64,000 nt of DNA from positions 496,001 through 560,000 of the forward strand of contig LSRY02000033.1 in NCBI GenBank assembly GCA_001643675.2, read 5' to 3'. This document shows positions 48,215 to 60,500 of this stretch, in pieces (positions within the stretch are counted from its first letter, which is position 1; the number at the start of each line of letters is the position of its first letter). The translations under genes and the position numbers were made by a program. Source of the stretch: Monocercomonoides exilis PA203 (lineage: Eukaryota > Protista > Preaxostyla). The notes beneath the pieces are model-generated. The model searched no databases. It was not told where the DNA came from and was given only the letters and a program-made list of their open reading frames with translations.

Positions 48215-48849
48215 TTAGCAAGAATCAAAATACAACATCAGATGCACACCAAAGTATTTCTCGATGATGCCCTTCGTCTGCTTTTTGAAAATGTAATGGA
48301 GTCAGAAAGCAACATCATTTTGATTATCGCATTGAATTCGCATAAGTTTGAACAGGAGAAAATTGATGAAAACAAAAACTCAAAATAGTCGTATAAACAT
48401 GAGAGTTCACACCGTCATTCTATGTATCAGTATTTTTTGTTGGTTATTAAAAGAATAACAGCTATTTTTTCAATTTGCTTTATTTGTTATGGATTCAACG
48501 ATCGAACAAAATATTTGAAAAAAAACGTTTTTATTCATCCCCAAATGAGAGATTTGTGAATGAATATTCCCCAATGAATTGGGAATGTCATCTTTTATTG
48601 TGACAAGGAGGTTGAACAACATTGCCAACAAAGGAAATGAAAAAGAAAATAGTTGTTATTGGATTGCTGAAGGCAACACAACAATGTTATTTTGGAAAGA
48701 AAAACTCCACATATTTGTATTTTTAATTGTTCTTTAAATTACAAAGATATTTTCAACGTAACTTTTCAGACTTTCAGAAAAATAACTGATTGCTTTGATG
48801 GAAAAAAATCACTTTTCAGTGTGAAATTAAAAAGCATAGGGATGCATTA

Positions 48850-51800
48850 ATTGAACTTCCAATTACGGATTGCATGATGAAGAAAGTGATTGGAAAATGG
48901 ATGAAGGATGGATGCGTGGTGGAAGCGCAAGCCTCCTTCTCGGCACTCACTTTTCATTTGTTTTTGTGAATTAAAAAAAATGGAATATTGAGCAAGCATT
49001 TCCACGAATACAAATGTTATTTGCCTCCTCAGTGAGCAGTCATTGCAGCACACACATGGGTTCTTCTGAGGCTGGCTGAGGAATGGCGCATTGGCTGCTT
49101 CTTCGAAAATCTCGTTTCTGGAACGGATAATCACGGCAGATATGCTTTTTCGGATGATGCAAAAGTTGAGCATTGTTGATGAGAGCTGCTGCGTGCTATG
49201 AGATCAGATTCAAAAGAATTGAACAATCATGTTTGAAAGATCAAAAAGGAGATGTTTTCGAAGCAATAACGAAATGTGTGGAAGAAAAGAGCCTTGCCTG
49301 AACGGTTGGAATTATTGGATAAATGAAAGGAAATGACTCGAGAGAGTTCGAAAATATCGTTGCAGATTTTATTGCTGCTTCTCGAAAGCGTGATGAAGGC
49401 TTTTCCATTCTGTTGTTTGCTGATCGCGACTCATTCGGTCTTCTGTATCAATCTGATAATGAGCAATTTTAAAGCAGCAAACGGAACTCATATCTTAGGT
49501 TGCTCGCAGCTAAACGTCTTCAGATTTTGGAGCATCAAGGCTTTCACATGCTGTTTATTCATTCCACATTAGTATTCATGCTTTTGCGAATGCCCACCAT
49601 CGGCACACAGTCTGATGTATCAAATGCTTCAGCGAAACAAGATATCGGCTTTTCTCTTTCATATCCTTCAGAGCGTAAGCCTTCAGAAATTGAAAACAGA
49701 ATAGAAAATGCTGTTCAACAAACAGATCATTTTTGTGTTCCAGGAAAAGAAAAAACAGTTTCATTCGCTCTTTTTCTTGCAAGAACAATCGTTATGTCAT
49801 CCTCCTTTTCATCTCTTGTTCACGAATTTTGAAATGAAACTTCCTATTTGCCAATTACGTTTTTTCATTTCAATAACATTCCACTTCACTGCCTTCTTCA
49901 AAAAGTGAATAAAAAACATTGATATTTCCTTTTCATTCAACTGTGTTCGAATTCAGCTTCGGACCATGTCTTTTATTAATGTGAGAGATCAAAAAGAAAT
50001 ATTCATTTTATCAAATAGTTATGGAGAAATTATACTTCAACGAAATGGGTAACTTTGAACCAAAAAAACACATAAAGGCATGTGTGCAATCAAAAATTCA
50101 CATTAATTTTGACTTTTTCATTTGGAAGTTGAAGGATGCCCCAAAAAGGGAAGAGCTGGATAAGAAAGGACATTTGGAATGAATGATTGAAATGATATTC
50201 TTCTTCAGATCACTCAACACCAAATATTTTCAATGAGCAATTGAAGATGAGACTACGAAGGAAAATGTTTGAGATAAAACTCATTTTTAAAAGAAAATTT
50301 CAATGAAACAACAGAATTTACAGCAGACATGTGATGATTAATCCATCAAAAGTGTTTTTGAGTCAATTTCTCATTTTTTGTGTTTGTGCCTCCTCTTCTC
50401 TTCGAATATCTTCGACTTTGCCTTCATTTGCACATAAATTCACAGACAAGTCAGCTCATGAAATGATTTCTGCCTTATGATCTGCACCTTCTTTAGAAAA
50501 CCCATCGCATTGCGTGTGCTCTTGAAGGGCATTTTTGATAGCCAACAATGCATTGCTCTGATGACAAGATGACCATTCACGTGTTCATCATCAACTGTAT
50601 GCCCGTTGATAAAGATTTATAAATCGGCATTCCAGTTGCTTCTGTCATGTCCAACAACAGAGTTGTCTTTCTGAGTGATGCTTGTCATGAAGGTGAACAA
50701 GGGCTCTTTCACAGAAGCGACAAGGGATTCACACACAAAATACACATCTCTTCCGGCACAGGCCTTATTTGTTGAAAACACGATATTGGTGATGGAAAAG
50801 GAGGATTCTGACACGTGTGAGCCATAATTGTACTCGATCATGAGAGCACCACCTCTTCCTCCAGAACTTGTATCCTCGCTCACAGAGCAGGTGGAGAAGA
50901 TTGTGTCACTCACCGAAAATGTGTTGGCAGGGGCAGATGAGGTGAATGAGATGCACCCTCCATTGGTGGCAGTCTGTTGGCTCAACTGTTCTGAGTTGAT
51001 GTTGGTGATGGTGCAGTTGGCGAGGGAGAGGGAGAGGGCAGGGGAGGTGGCAGAGGAGAGGACACAGCTAGTGGGGGTGGCAGTGGAGGTGATGTGGGTG
51101 ATGTTGGAGGAGTTGAGAGCGAGGGGAGATGTGAGGGAGGTGAGGTGGAAGATGCTTTGGCTGTTGAGGGTGAGATGAGTGATTGCTGTGCAGTTGAGGG
51201 CGAGGGAGCCAGCAGTGAGGAAGAAGAGGGGGGTTGTGATTGATGATGAAGATGAGGTTGTTCAGCGATGGTGGTTGTGTTGAGATTGAGGGACGGGGAG
51301 TTTTGGGAGAGGTGGAAGAGGATGGGGGTGATTTCATTTGTGGAGTTGTGGGAGGTGGCGAGGACAGAGACTGTGAGGGAGCCCTGAGTCTGTTGGAAGA
51401 GGGCAGAAGTGGCAGATGGATCTGGTGAAGAAGATGTTGATATTGATGAAAATGAAGAAAATGATGAAAGAGATGATGTTGATTGTGATGAGTGTGAAAG
51501 TGAGTTTGGTTGTTGGGGAATGCCACTGGAGGCGATGGTGGTGGCAGTTGTGCCATTTCCTGTGATTTTTGTATCAACTGCGCTGAAGGTTAGTGTTTGT
51601 GTGGGAACAAATGTTGAGGTGAGGAGGGTGAGAGATGCGTCTTGGAGGAGGGAAATGAAGCCGTTGAGGGCATACTCGATGGTGGCACATGGGGTCTGTT
51701 GGGGTCTGCCACAGCCATCAACATCAGTTCCGCTGTTTGAAACGATTTTGTTCTGGCTTATGAGAGGGAGCGAGCTGTTGACAGTCTCATTATCTGCTGT

Positions 51801-52913
51801 ATTGCTGTTCCACACTCTTTGTGTTGGAGTTGTTGAGCCACATTTCTCGAATGGAAATTGAGTGATATCACTTCCACTAAAGAATACATCATTCCCTCTG
51901 CCATTTGTAGCTGCATTTCCATCGAAAAAGCAGAATGTGATGAATTTAACTCCATTCATCAAGGAATAAGTTGCTGTGCAGCACAGCGCAGCTCCTCCCC
52001 ATGAAGATGACGAACTTGCCAATTTGTTTTTGATGAATTGGCAATCATCTATTTAAAATTTCTCAGGTTTATATTGTGGAGGATTTGCAATTGTTAAAGA
52101 GCCAGTGGAATCGCCCCCTGTATTTGCGAAATACTTGCATTTCGAAAACAGAAATTGACAGTTTGACTGAATTTTTCCAATATCAAAATACCAACCAGTT
52201 CCATACCAGTTTGTTATCTAACAACTTTCCACAATGTTTTCTGAAAATGAATTAGAAGAATAAGATTGTGGATTCCATATTTCCACAGCGCCTCCATATG
52301 CAGCTGAACAGCTTGTGAAATTGGATTTTATGAGATCAATTTTTCACAAACTGTGACAATTCAACGCTCAACCATGATCATTGGTTGAACAATTTGTAAA
52401 TGAACAGAAAGTTATTGTGAGATTTGCATTTACGCAGGAAACATAAAGTGCACCGCCATTATCATTCCCACTGTTCGAATCATTCCATTCGCGCCATTCA
52501 AAGCAATGGTTGTTAACATCAAACGAAGTCAATCTTCCAGGTGTTTTTCTTAGGATTCTGTTCCAACATGAACCACTGGGCCTTTTGGGGAAGAACGAAT
52601 GTGGAGGAAGAAAGAAGGGTTGAAAACAGATTGAGAAATGAATGACTTGTCAATGGAGAAGAAAATGGAACCATCGATTGGGTAGCAAGTGCTGAGGAAG
52701 ATGATTGAGCGGACAGAGATTGATGAGTGAAGAGAGAATGAAGGATTAGATTTATTTTGATGTCAAAGATGAATGAGTTGTGCAAATATGGGAGAGAGGA
52801 GATGGAAGAGTGAAACTGGAATGGGAAGAGGTGATGATGTTGAAAATGAGGAAATGCTAAAGATGAGGATTGATGTGAAGATGGAAAAGTGACAAAAGGG
52901 AAATAAATTTCAT
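48850..52913 (-). pseudogene. Decayed N-terminal/ectodomain copy of the beta-helix receptor family
   Basis: ATG 52913 followed by an early TAG. Broken ORFs carry GGAAL, GGCISF, GRGGALMI, GRDVY and the module SGTDVDGCGRPQQTPCATIEYAL, as in gene 54589-62736. Multiple stops and frameshifts; the 3' limit is approximate. Confidence 0.75.
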
Positions 52914-54588
52914 TTTCAAAATGTTTTTATTTGTACAAAGAATTGGCACGGTTTATTGCATTTGAAACATTTAATAAGCTCAAAACATTTTTTCCTCTGA
53001 GAATCAGAAACATCGTTGACCGATTCAATTCTTCGTTGTTCCATCAATAATATCGGGTTCTTTCAAAAAGGCACTTTTAATCTTCGAATCAATTTCCTTT
53101 ATTTTTGCATCACAACAATGTTTTGATTTGTCACTTGGCATTCGAATTGAAGTTTAATTAGGGTTGTGATTTTATCTTGACTTTTTTTCTTTATCTAGAC
53201 CTTTTTCTTTTTTTCCCTGGTCTCAGCTATACACAAGCCTCTTTGAAATAAAAAATAACCAGAACTGTTTGTTATATAATAATCTATTAATTCTGAAAAA
53301 AAATTTTTTTTGAATATTTTATATTTGACAAAAAGATCAAGGATTATGAAAATTTTATGTTTTGATCATTGATTTGCTGCTTTTCCAGTGATAACTCAAC
53401 TTCAGAAGTTTTGAGCTTGAATAACATTATTCTTTATTTCTTATGCATATATTTTTGTTGTTTTTAGACTTTCTCAACTTGTTTTTTTATCATTTTTTCT
53501 TATTTCACACATTTTTCAAAAAAACATGATTTCCAAAGTTAATGAACCTTTGTTTTTAAAATCTTTGAAACAAAATAAAAATAAAATTGTAATAAAATGA
53601 TATCACAAAGAAAAGATAACTTAGCATCCGTATTTGACGAACAATTTTCAAATCAAAATTTTGAAATGTTCTTCCATTTCTCTTCAAATTCTTGTTCAAT
53701 TCTTTTTCATTTCAACACTTATCACAAATAAATGATAAATAAGACTTTGTACATTTTTTTCATTTTAATAAATTTTGACGCAAACACTTGTTAATATAAA
53801 AAATCGTGTTTTGAGCAAAAACAGTGAAATGAGAAAAAAAGGTCAAAAATTTCATTGAAAAAATTGAAACAATATAAAATAAAAATATATGAATGTGGAA
53901 TTATGATGTTGTGGACATTAACGTTTAGTATAAAACATCCACTTCATTTCCAGCAAGTCTTTGATCTGGGTACTCAAATAAATTAAATAATAACAATTTA
54001 TATGAACAAAAAAATTTCAAAATTTTTTTCAATAGAATTCTGAAAAACAAAAAAATCAAGAAGTCTATTTATTTTGTTTTTGTTTTTAGCCTTTACTAAG
54101 CTCGAAAAAAGCTTCAGAAAGTTTCAAAAAAAAGGGTTGAGATTTATTTTTGAGTTCAAGATAAAATATGCACCCTATTTTTCTTTTTCAATAGCAAGAA
54201 CATGGCAAATATCAATTTCCAATATACATTGCAATCATCAACAGAAACAGTTGCTCTTTTCAAATAACATTCATTTCAAGTGAAATAACAAAACCTTAAT
54301 TCGTATCATTTAAAATGATGTTGATCAGAATTATAATTGCTTTCGCTAATCCTTTTCAGATCCATAATAGCAATCATTTTTTACGAACATTGTTCAGAAA
54401 TACTTCAAATTCATCTGAGTTCACCTTCTTCATTTAAAAACAACAGCCTATTTATTCAATTAACAATTGATTATCTTGAATTCAACAAAAAACAAGAAAT
54501 CAATAATATTTCGCAAATCATCAATATTGATTTCTAACAACAGTGAAGAACAGATAGATTCGTGAGGAAAGCTTGTTGAAGTGGAAAT

Positions 54589-57500
54589 ATGAACATTCAT
54601 CAATTCCACATAATTTTGACAAAACTTGTATTAACATTAACATTTGCATTTGCTTTTGAAGTTTTCTCGCTTCAACCCATTCATGGCACACACTTGTCTG
54701 CTCGAAATGTGATTGATTCACACTCACAATTTTGCCTGAAACAAAATCTTTGTCAATGCACATTCTTGTCCACCAAAACTGCAGAAAACACTCTGCACAA
54801 GCCTTCTCAGCCAATTCATCAAAAGCGCAGTTCAGTTTCTTTGGAAAATTCATCATTCACAATTGCAGGATTAAATATCGAATGTCAATCACACAACTCA
54901 TTCATTGAAATTGATGGCAAATCGCAATGTGAAATGGGGAGAGTAGTTCTCCTGCTTGAGCAACAAAATTCATCACCCTTTGCATCATCTGGGTTTTTGC
55001 TGTTTTGCAACACAACCCTTGCACATGCTGGGCTGCCACATGAATTGTCGAGCAGCCTTGTGTGTGCATCAGGGAACAGCCACACCCGCTTCAAGGGTTG
55101 CTCTTTTCATGCTCTGTCCCACCTCCACCCTCACCCATTTCTTGTTTGTGGTGCTGCCTCTTCGCTCTCCCTCTCAGACTGTGTGTTTTCCAACATCACA
55201 TCCCCTGCCCACGCCTCCACCCAGCAACACCCAAACCCATGCTTCGGGAGCTGTGATGTTGCCAGTTGTGTATGCGATGTGGCAACAGACCCGCTTTTCT
55301 CCATTTTCCCACTCTATCTCACAAGCCACTCGTTTCGATCCTTCAACAGCTCATTCTCCAGGATCTCGAACAACAAGATCACAAACAGAACTGTCATCGA
55401 GTCTTCGGATGAGGAGGAGATTGTGTTTGAAGATGATGAGTTTGAGGTGAGTGAGACTGCATATGATGGAGGTGCTCTTTATGTAAACGATGCAAACAAA
55501 TTGATCATTGAAAGATGCAGATTCTCTCATTGCTCCTCCCAACACTACGGAGGAGTATTATATGCCAACAACATTAAAACACTCCAAATCTCCAAGTGCA
55601 ACTTCTTCAATTGCAGTGCAGGGGTTGATGCTGGATCATTTCGCGTTTATGGATCGGAAAGTGTTTTGATTGAAAATTGCTTGTGCTCAGAATGTCATTC
55701 AAATAGCCATTATGGATGTGGAGCTATTTTCGACAGCAAAATTTCTGTTCTTTGTTCGAACAATTCATTCTCTCATTCTTATGCAAAAGGCGATGCAGGT
55801 GGACTGATAATAAGAAATACGAACATACACACTATTATTACAAGTTGCATGTTCAACAACTTAACCGCTTCATGGTGCGGTAGTGCTTATGTATTTCACC
55901 AAGTTACATCACCCGTTGCACCACAAAGCAGGTTTCTGTTTTTCATGAACAACACTTGCACAGATCAGTATTCGGGGGCAGACTTTGGGTGCTGTGAGGG
56001 ATGGGACGGGGTGGTGAACTCCACGCACTTTGAGCACTGCTACTCGCTCAGCACAGGCATCCGCAGCTTTGTGTGCACGGCCGGCTTCCGCCCCTGCACC
56101 GCCGGCTACGAGGCCGACTTCATCCGCGCCCCGACCTATTCCACCATCCATGTGGCCCAGCCTGCCCGCGCCTCGGGAGGCGACACGCCCCACTGTGGCG
56201 AGCTCGGCAGCGAGTGCGCCACCATCGCCCACGCTCTCACCAGACTCGCCCCACCTGCCCCAGATGCCTCAGATGCCCCGCAGCCAATCGCCGTCCTCCC
56301 GGGGTCGTACCAAGAGCCGGGCGTGGCAGTGGCCCAGACACACATCCGCATCAGCAGCAAAGACCCAGCCAGCCCGGCCGAGGTGCGGTGCAACACCACC
56401 GGCGCAGTGCTGTTTGCCACAGCCAGCGGCGCGCTGGAGCTGGCGCAGCTGGTGCTGGTGGCCGACTGGGGCGTGTGCCCAGCCACCCCGCTGCTGGTGC
56501 TGGACGGGGACGAGGGCGCAGTGGCTGTGGCCGAGTGCACCATCACCGGCGCCGGCCACTCGGCTGCCAACCGGTTCCGCTCGCCGGTTGTTGTGCTGCG
56601 CAGAGGGGCAGGGCGGATCACCAGATGCACCGTCACAGCGCTGGTGCTGGACAGTGCGTGTGCAATCTGGGTCGGGAGGCGCTGCGCTGCTGCTGTGGAG
56701 TGCACTGTGTGTGCACACATTGTGCGATCCTCGGGGTGCGGGGGAGCCATTGTCCTCGAGGAGGAGGAGGAGGATGGAGACAGCAGTGCCAGTGCCAGTG
56801 CCAACACAAACGAAGGGGATGCTGCACAAGCGATATCTGGGTGTGTCTTTGAGGACTGCTGTGCAGAAGGGGATGGGAGTGGCGGTGGGGCAATATGCGC
56901 CAGGCTCCGAGGCAGAGGCTGCTTCACAGTGAACGCGTCAGCCAGCTCGGGGTGCACCCTGCCTCTTGTGCGCCATCACAGCCACAACAGCAACACCACC
57001 AGAGCCCCTCGTGGCACAAATGGCGGCGATGATGGGAGTGGAGGCGAGGCACTGTTCAGCAGGTGCAAGAGCAGCGGATATGGCGGGGCGGTGTATTTGG
57101 ACTTGGCCGAGGGCTTCGGCACACTCCTGCTGGACGGGGTTGTGTTTGGTGGCTGCGAGGCTGCGCTGGGAGGCGCCAATGTGTTTGTGAACGGGTGCGC
57201 CCTCACCCCGGCCGAGATCAGCACCTCCACCTTCTGCTTCCCCTTCGACCAATCCTCTGCCGACGATCTCGTGGGTGTCGATCGCGCGCTGCCAGAGGTT
57301 GCCCCGTTCACCCTCGCAGTGTTTCTTGTCCCGTTCCCATGCGCTGCTCATGTGGCTGGCCAGTCCTCCCGCGCATCCAACACCCCCTTCTGCGGCTTTT
57401 CCTTCTTCCCCTGCCTCACCATCCCCCATGCTGCCCGCACCCGCTTCCCCGCTGCTGACCCTGCCATCCTGCTCGATGAGGGCTTCCAGCTCTGCGAGAG

Positions 57501-60500
57501 GCTTGCTGCCGATGCACATGCTTGGAGCATCTCGTGTGTGCGCAAAGGGATGGAGGTGCCTGTTGGTGCGCCTCCGGGCTTTTCGTCGCCCTCGCTCGTC
57601 GCAGTCAGCACCGAGGCAGCCATCGCAGACATCCGCTTTGCTGTGCCGGCCTCGCTCGGCTCAGCCACAGCCCTGGTCGAGGTGGCAGGGGCTGGCAGCC
57701 TGCAGATGGCCAGCTGCAGCGCTGTGCACAAGCGCGACGGAGCCACAGCACCTGGCGATGGCAGCGAGGAGCAGCTGACCTTCGCGCTGATCGCTGTTCG
57801 CTCGGGGAGGCTGGTGCTGAGCGAGTTCGAAACACTGGGCGAGGTGGCGAGCACGATGTTTTCGCTGATGGAGTGCACAGGGAGCAGCAGCGTGGTGGAG
57901 TGCAGCGGGTGTGTGATTGGGGGTGGGGAGAAGGGGAGCGGAGACGGGGGGTGTGTGAAGATGGCCGGGGTGGGAGGAGGCGGTGCAAGGCTGGAGATGG
58001 AGAACTGCACAGTGGCGAGGTGCAGCGCCAGAGGCAGCGAGGCCAGAGGAGGCGGCGTTGCGGCCGAGCTGGCAGCCGGGGCAGCCCTGCTGATAAACGG
58101 CTCGACCTTCGAGGACTGTGCAGCTGCTGCGGCGGCTGGCGGAGGCCAGGCACAGACCCATGGCCTGGGCGGCGCGGTGTTCGTGGGGGAGGCAGATGCC
58201 GCCAGGCTGTTTGCCCTCGAGCACGTGGTGTTTGCCAGATGCGATGCGTGGAAGGGCAGAAAGGTGTTTGTGTCCGCCACCGTGCTGTCCGCAGTGGCTG
58301 ATGCCGCCCATTTCAACTGGGCCATGACCAGCGCCGACCTCAGCACCCTCGACGAGCTCGGCGGATTCGAGCTGGCCACAGCCGATCCCAGCCGCCCCAT
58401 CCCGCTTGCCGTGTATTTCTGGACCAACATCACCACCCACGTGTTTGTCGACGGAGACACAGGCTTCGATTTCAGTGCATGCGGGCACTCTGCTGCTCCC
58501 TGCCTGACCATCCCTCGCGCCCTTTCCCTCAGGCTCACCCCGCTTCCCCTCCCCTCCTCCACCCTCTCCATCGCCTCCCACTCCTCCATCCCCGAGCCTC
58601 TCGTCCTCCTCCTCCCCCCTGCCCCCACCTCCCCCTCGCCCACCTCCCTCCCGTCTCTTCGCCTCCACGGCTGCGCCCCAGACACCCCGGTCCACATCTC
58701 CGATCCCACACCCAGCCAATCCGACGCCCTCCTCGCCTCTTCTGTCGACCTCGCTGTCGACGCCATCTCCTTCCTCCTCCCTTCTGCTTTCCCCCACCAC
58801 TCCTCCTTCATCCTGACATCTGCCCCAGACGCTGCTCTCCTTTTGCAGCGCTGCTCCTTCTCCATGCTCACCCCCCAAACACCCCTTGCCTATGTGATCG
58901 TGCTGGCAGCACAAGGCCGTGTGTCTCTCGACCACTGCACCCTCGCCTCCGTGTCCTTGTCGCGCCCTTTCCTCGAAATTTATGATGCATCCACTTCTGC
59001 GGCACTCACATCCCTCTCGGTCTCCTCCTCTTTGCTCGCTGGCGCTCCCCTCGTGGCCATCTATCCACCTGCTCTGGCTGCTTCGACTGGCTTGGCTGGC
59101 TTGGCTGGCTTGGCTGCCCCAGACCCCAGGACAGCCATCGTTCTGGACTCTGCCAACATCACCAACATCGTGCGCACAGGCAACGGGCCGGCTCTGGTGT
59201 GTGCAGAGAGGGGATGTGCCATCGACTGTGCTGCCGAGGCGTGTGTGCTCACCAGCTGCGTGAGCGAAGAGTCGGCCGAGGGCGGAGCCGCAATGGTGTG
59301 CCTCGACTGCGACAAGTCGCAGCTGCGCGTGTCGGCGTGCATCCTCACCCAGTGCATCTGCTCCCGCACAGCCGGCAGGGGCGGCGGCCTCTTCCTCGAC
59401 TGCTCCCGCCCTGCTCGCGCCCTTCCCATCCCCCTCTCCATCCTCAACCTCCGCTTCGCCCTCAACGACGCCTTCCGAGGAAAGGACCTCTTTCTCCGGT
59501 GCTCCTCCATCCCCGCCCAGATCAACGAGTCCCTCTTTTCCCTCGACTTCACCCAGCCCTCTCTCGCCACCAACACCTCCATCTGCGGCTCCGACTCCTC
59601 CCCCACCGACCCCGACCTCGATGTCGACCTCGATGTCGACCTCCTCCCCTTCATCACCTTCTACCGCGCCCACCAGATATTCGTCGACCAGGACACCGGC
59701 TCCTCTGCCCGCCAGTGCGGCTCCCTGCTTGCCCCCTGCGCCTCCCTCTCCACAGCCGTCCTCCACATCGCCCCTTCCATCGGCAACATCCTCTGGATCT
59801 GCTCCTCCTCCTCCGTCGACGCCCCGACCTCCCTTGCCGACATCCGCGTCGAGTCTGTCTCTGCGAGTCTTGTCCCTGTGCACTTCGCCACCCCCATCCC
59901 CATTTCTTCTGATCTGTCTTCAGACCGCTCTGCTGTTGTCGCCTTTCTCAACACCTGCATCCTCACCCACTGCCACTTCTCCTTCCACACCTCCTTCGCA
60001 TCTGCCCACTCTTCCCTCTTCTCCCTCCTCGACGGATCCCTCACTGTGTCCTCCTCCCTCTTTTCCGCAGCCGACCAGCCTGTCAAGCTCAACTCCACCC
60101 TCCTTTGTGCTTGTCGAGGCACCCTTCGCCTCTCCAACATATCTGTCCATTCCCTCCACCTCGCCTGCCCTGCTCTTCGTGCTCTCCCCGCTTCCTCCCT
60201 CTTCCTCTCCCACGCCAACCTCTCTGCCCTCAGTGCTGCCTCCCCCGTGCTCCTGCTCGACGATGGCTCCAGCTGCTCCATCGAGCATCTCATCGCCACA
60301 GATCTTGCTGTCACAACGGGCAGTGTTGTTCTTCTCAATCCCCCGGCCAATCCCCCTTCTTCTTCGTCTTCCTCTTCTTCTTTCGAATCAGATCAGCCAG
60401 AAGGCTCCTTCAGCATGATGCACTCCATCTTCACTGCCATCTCGCTCGCCCAGCTCGGCTGCAGCGTGTGCCAGTGCAACCACACCACAGCCCCAGTCTA

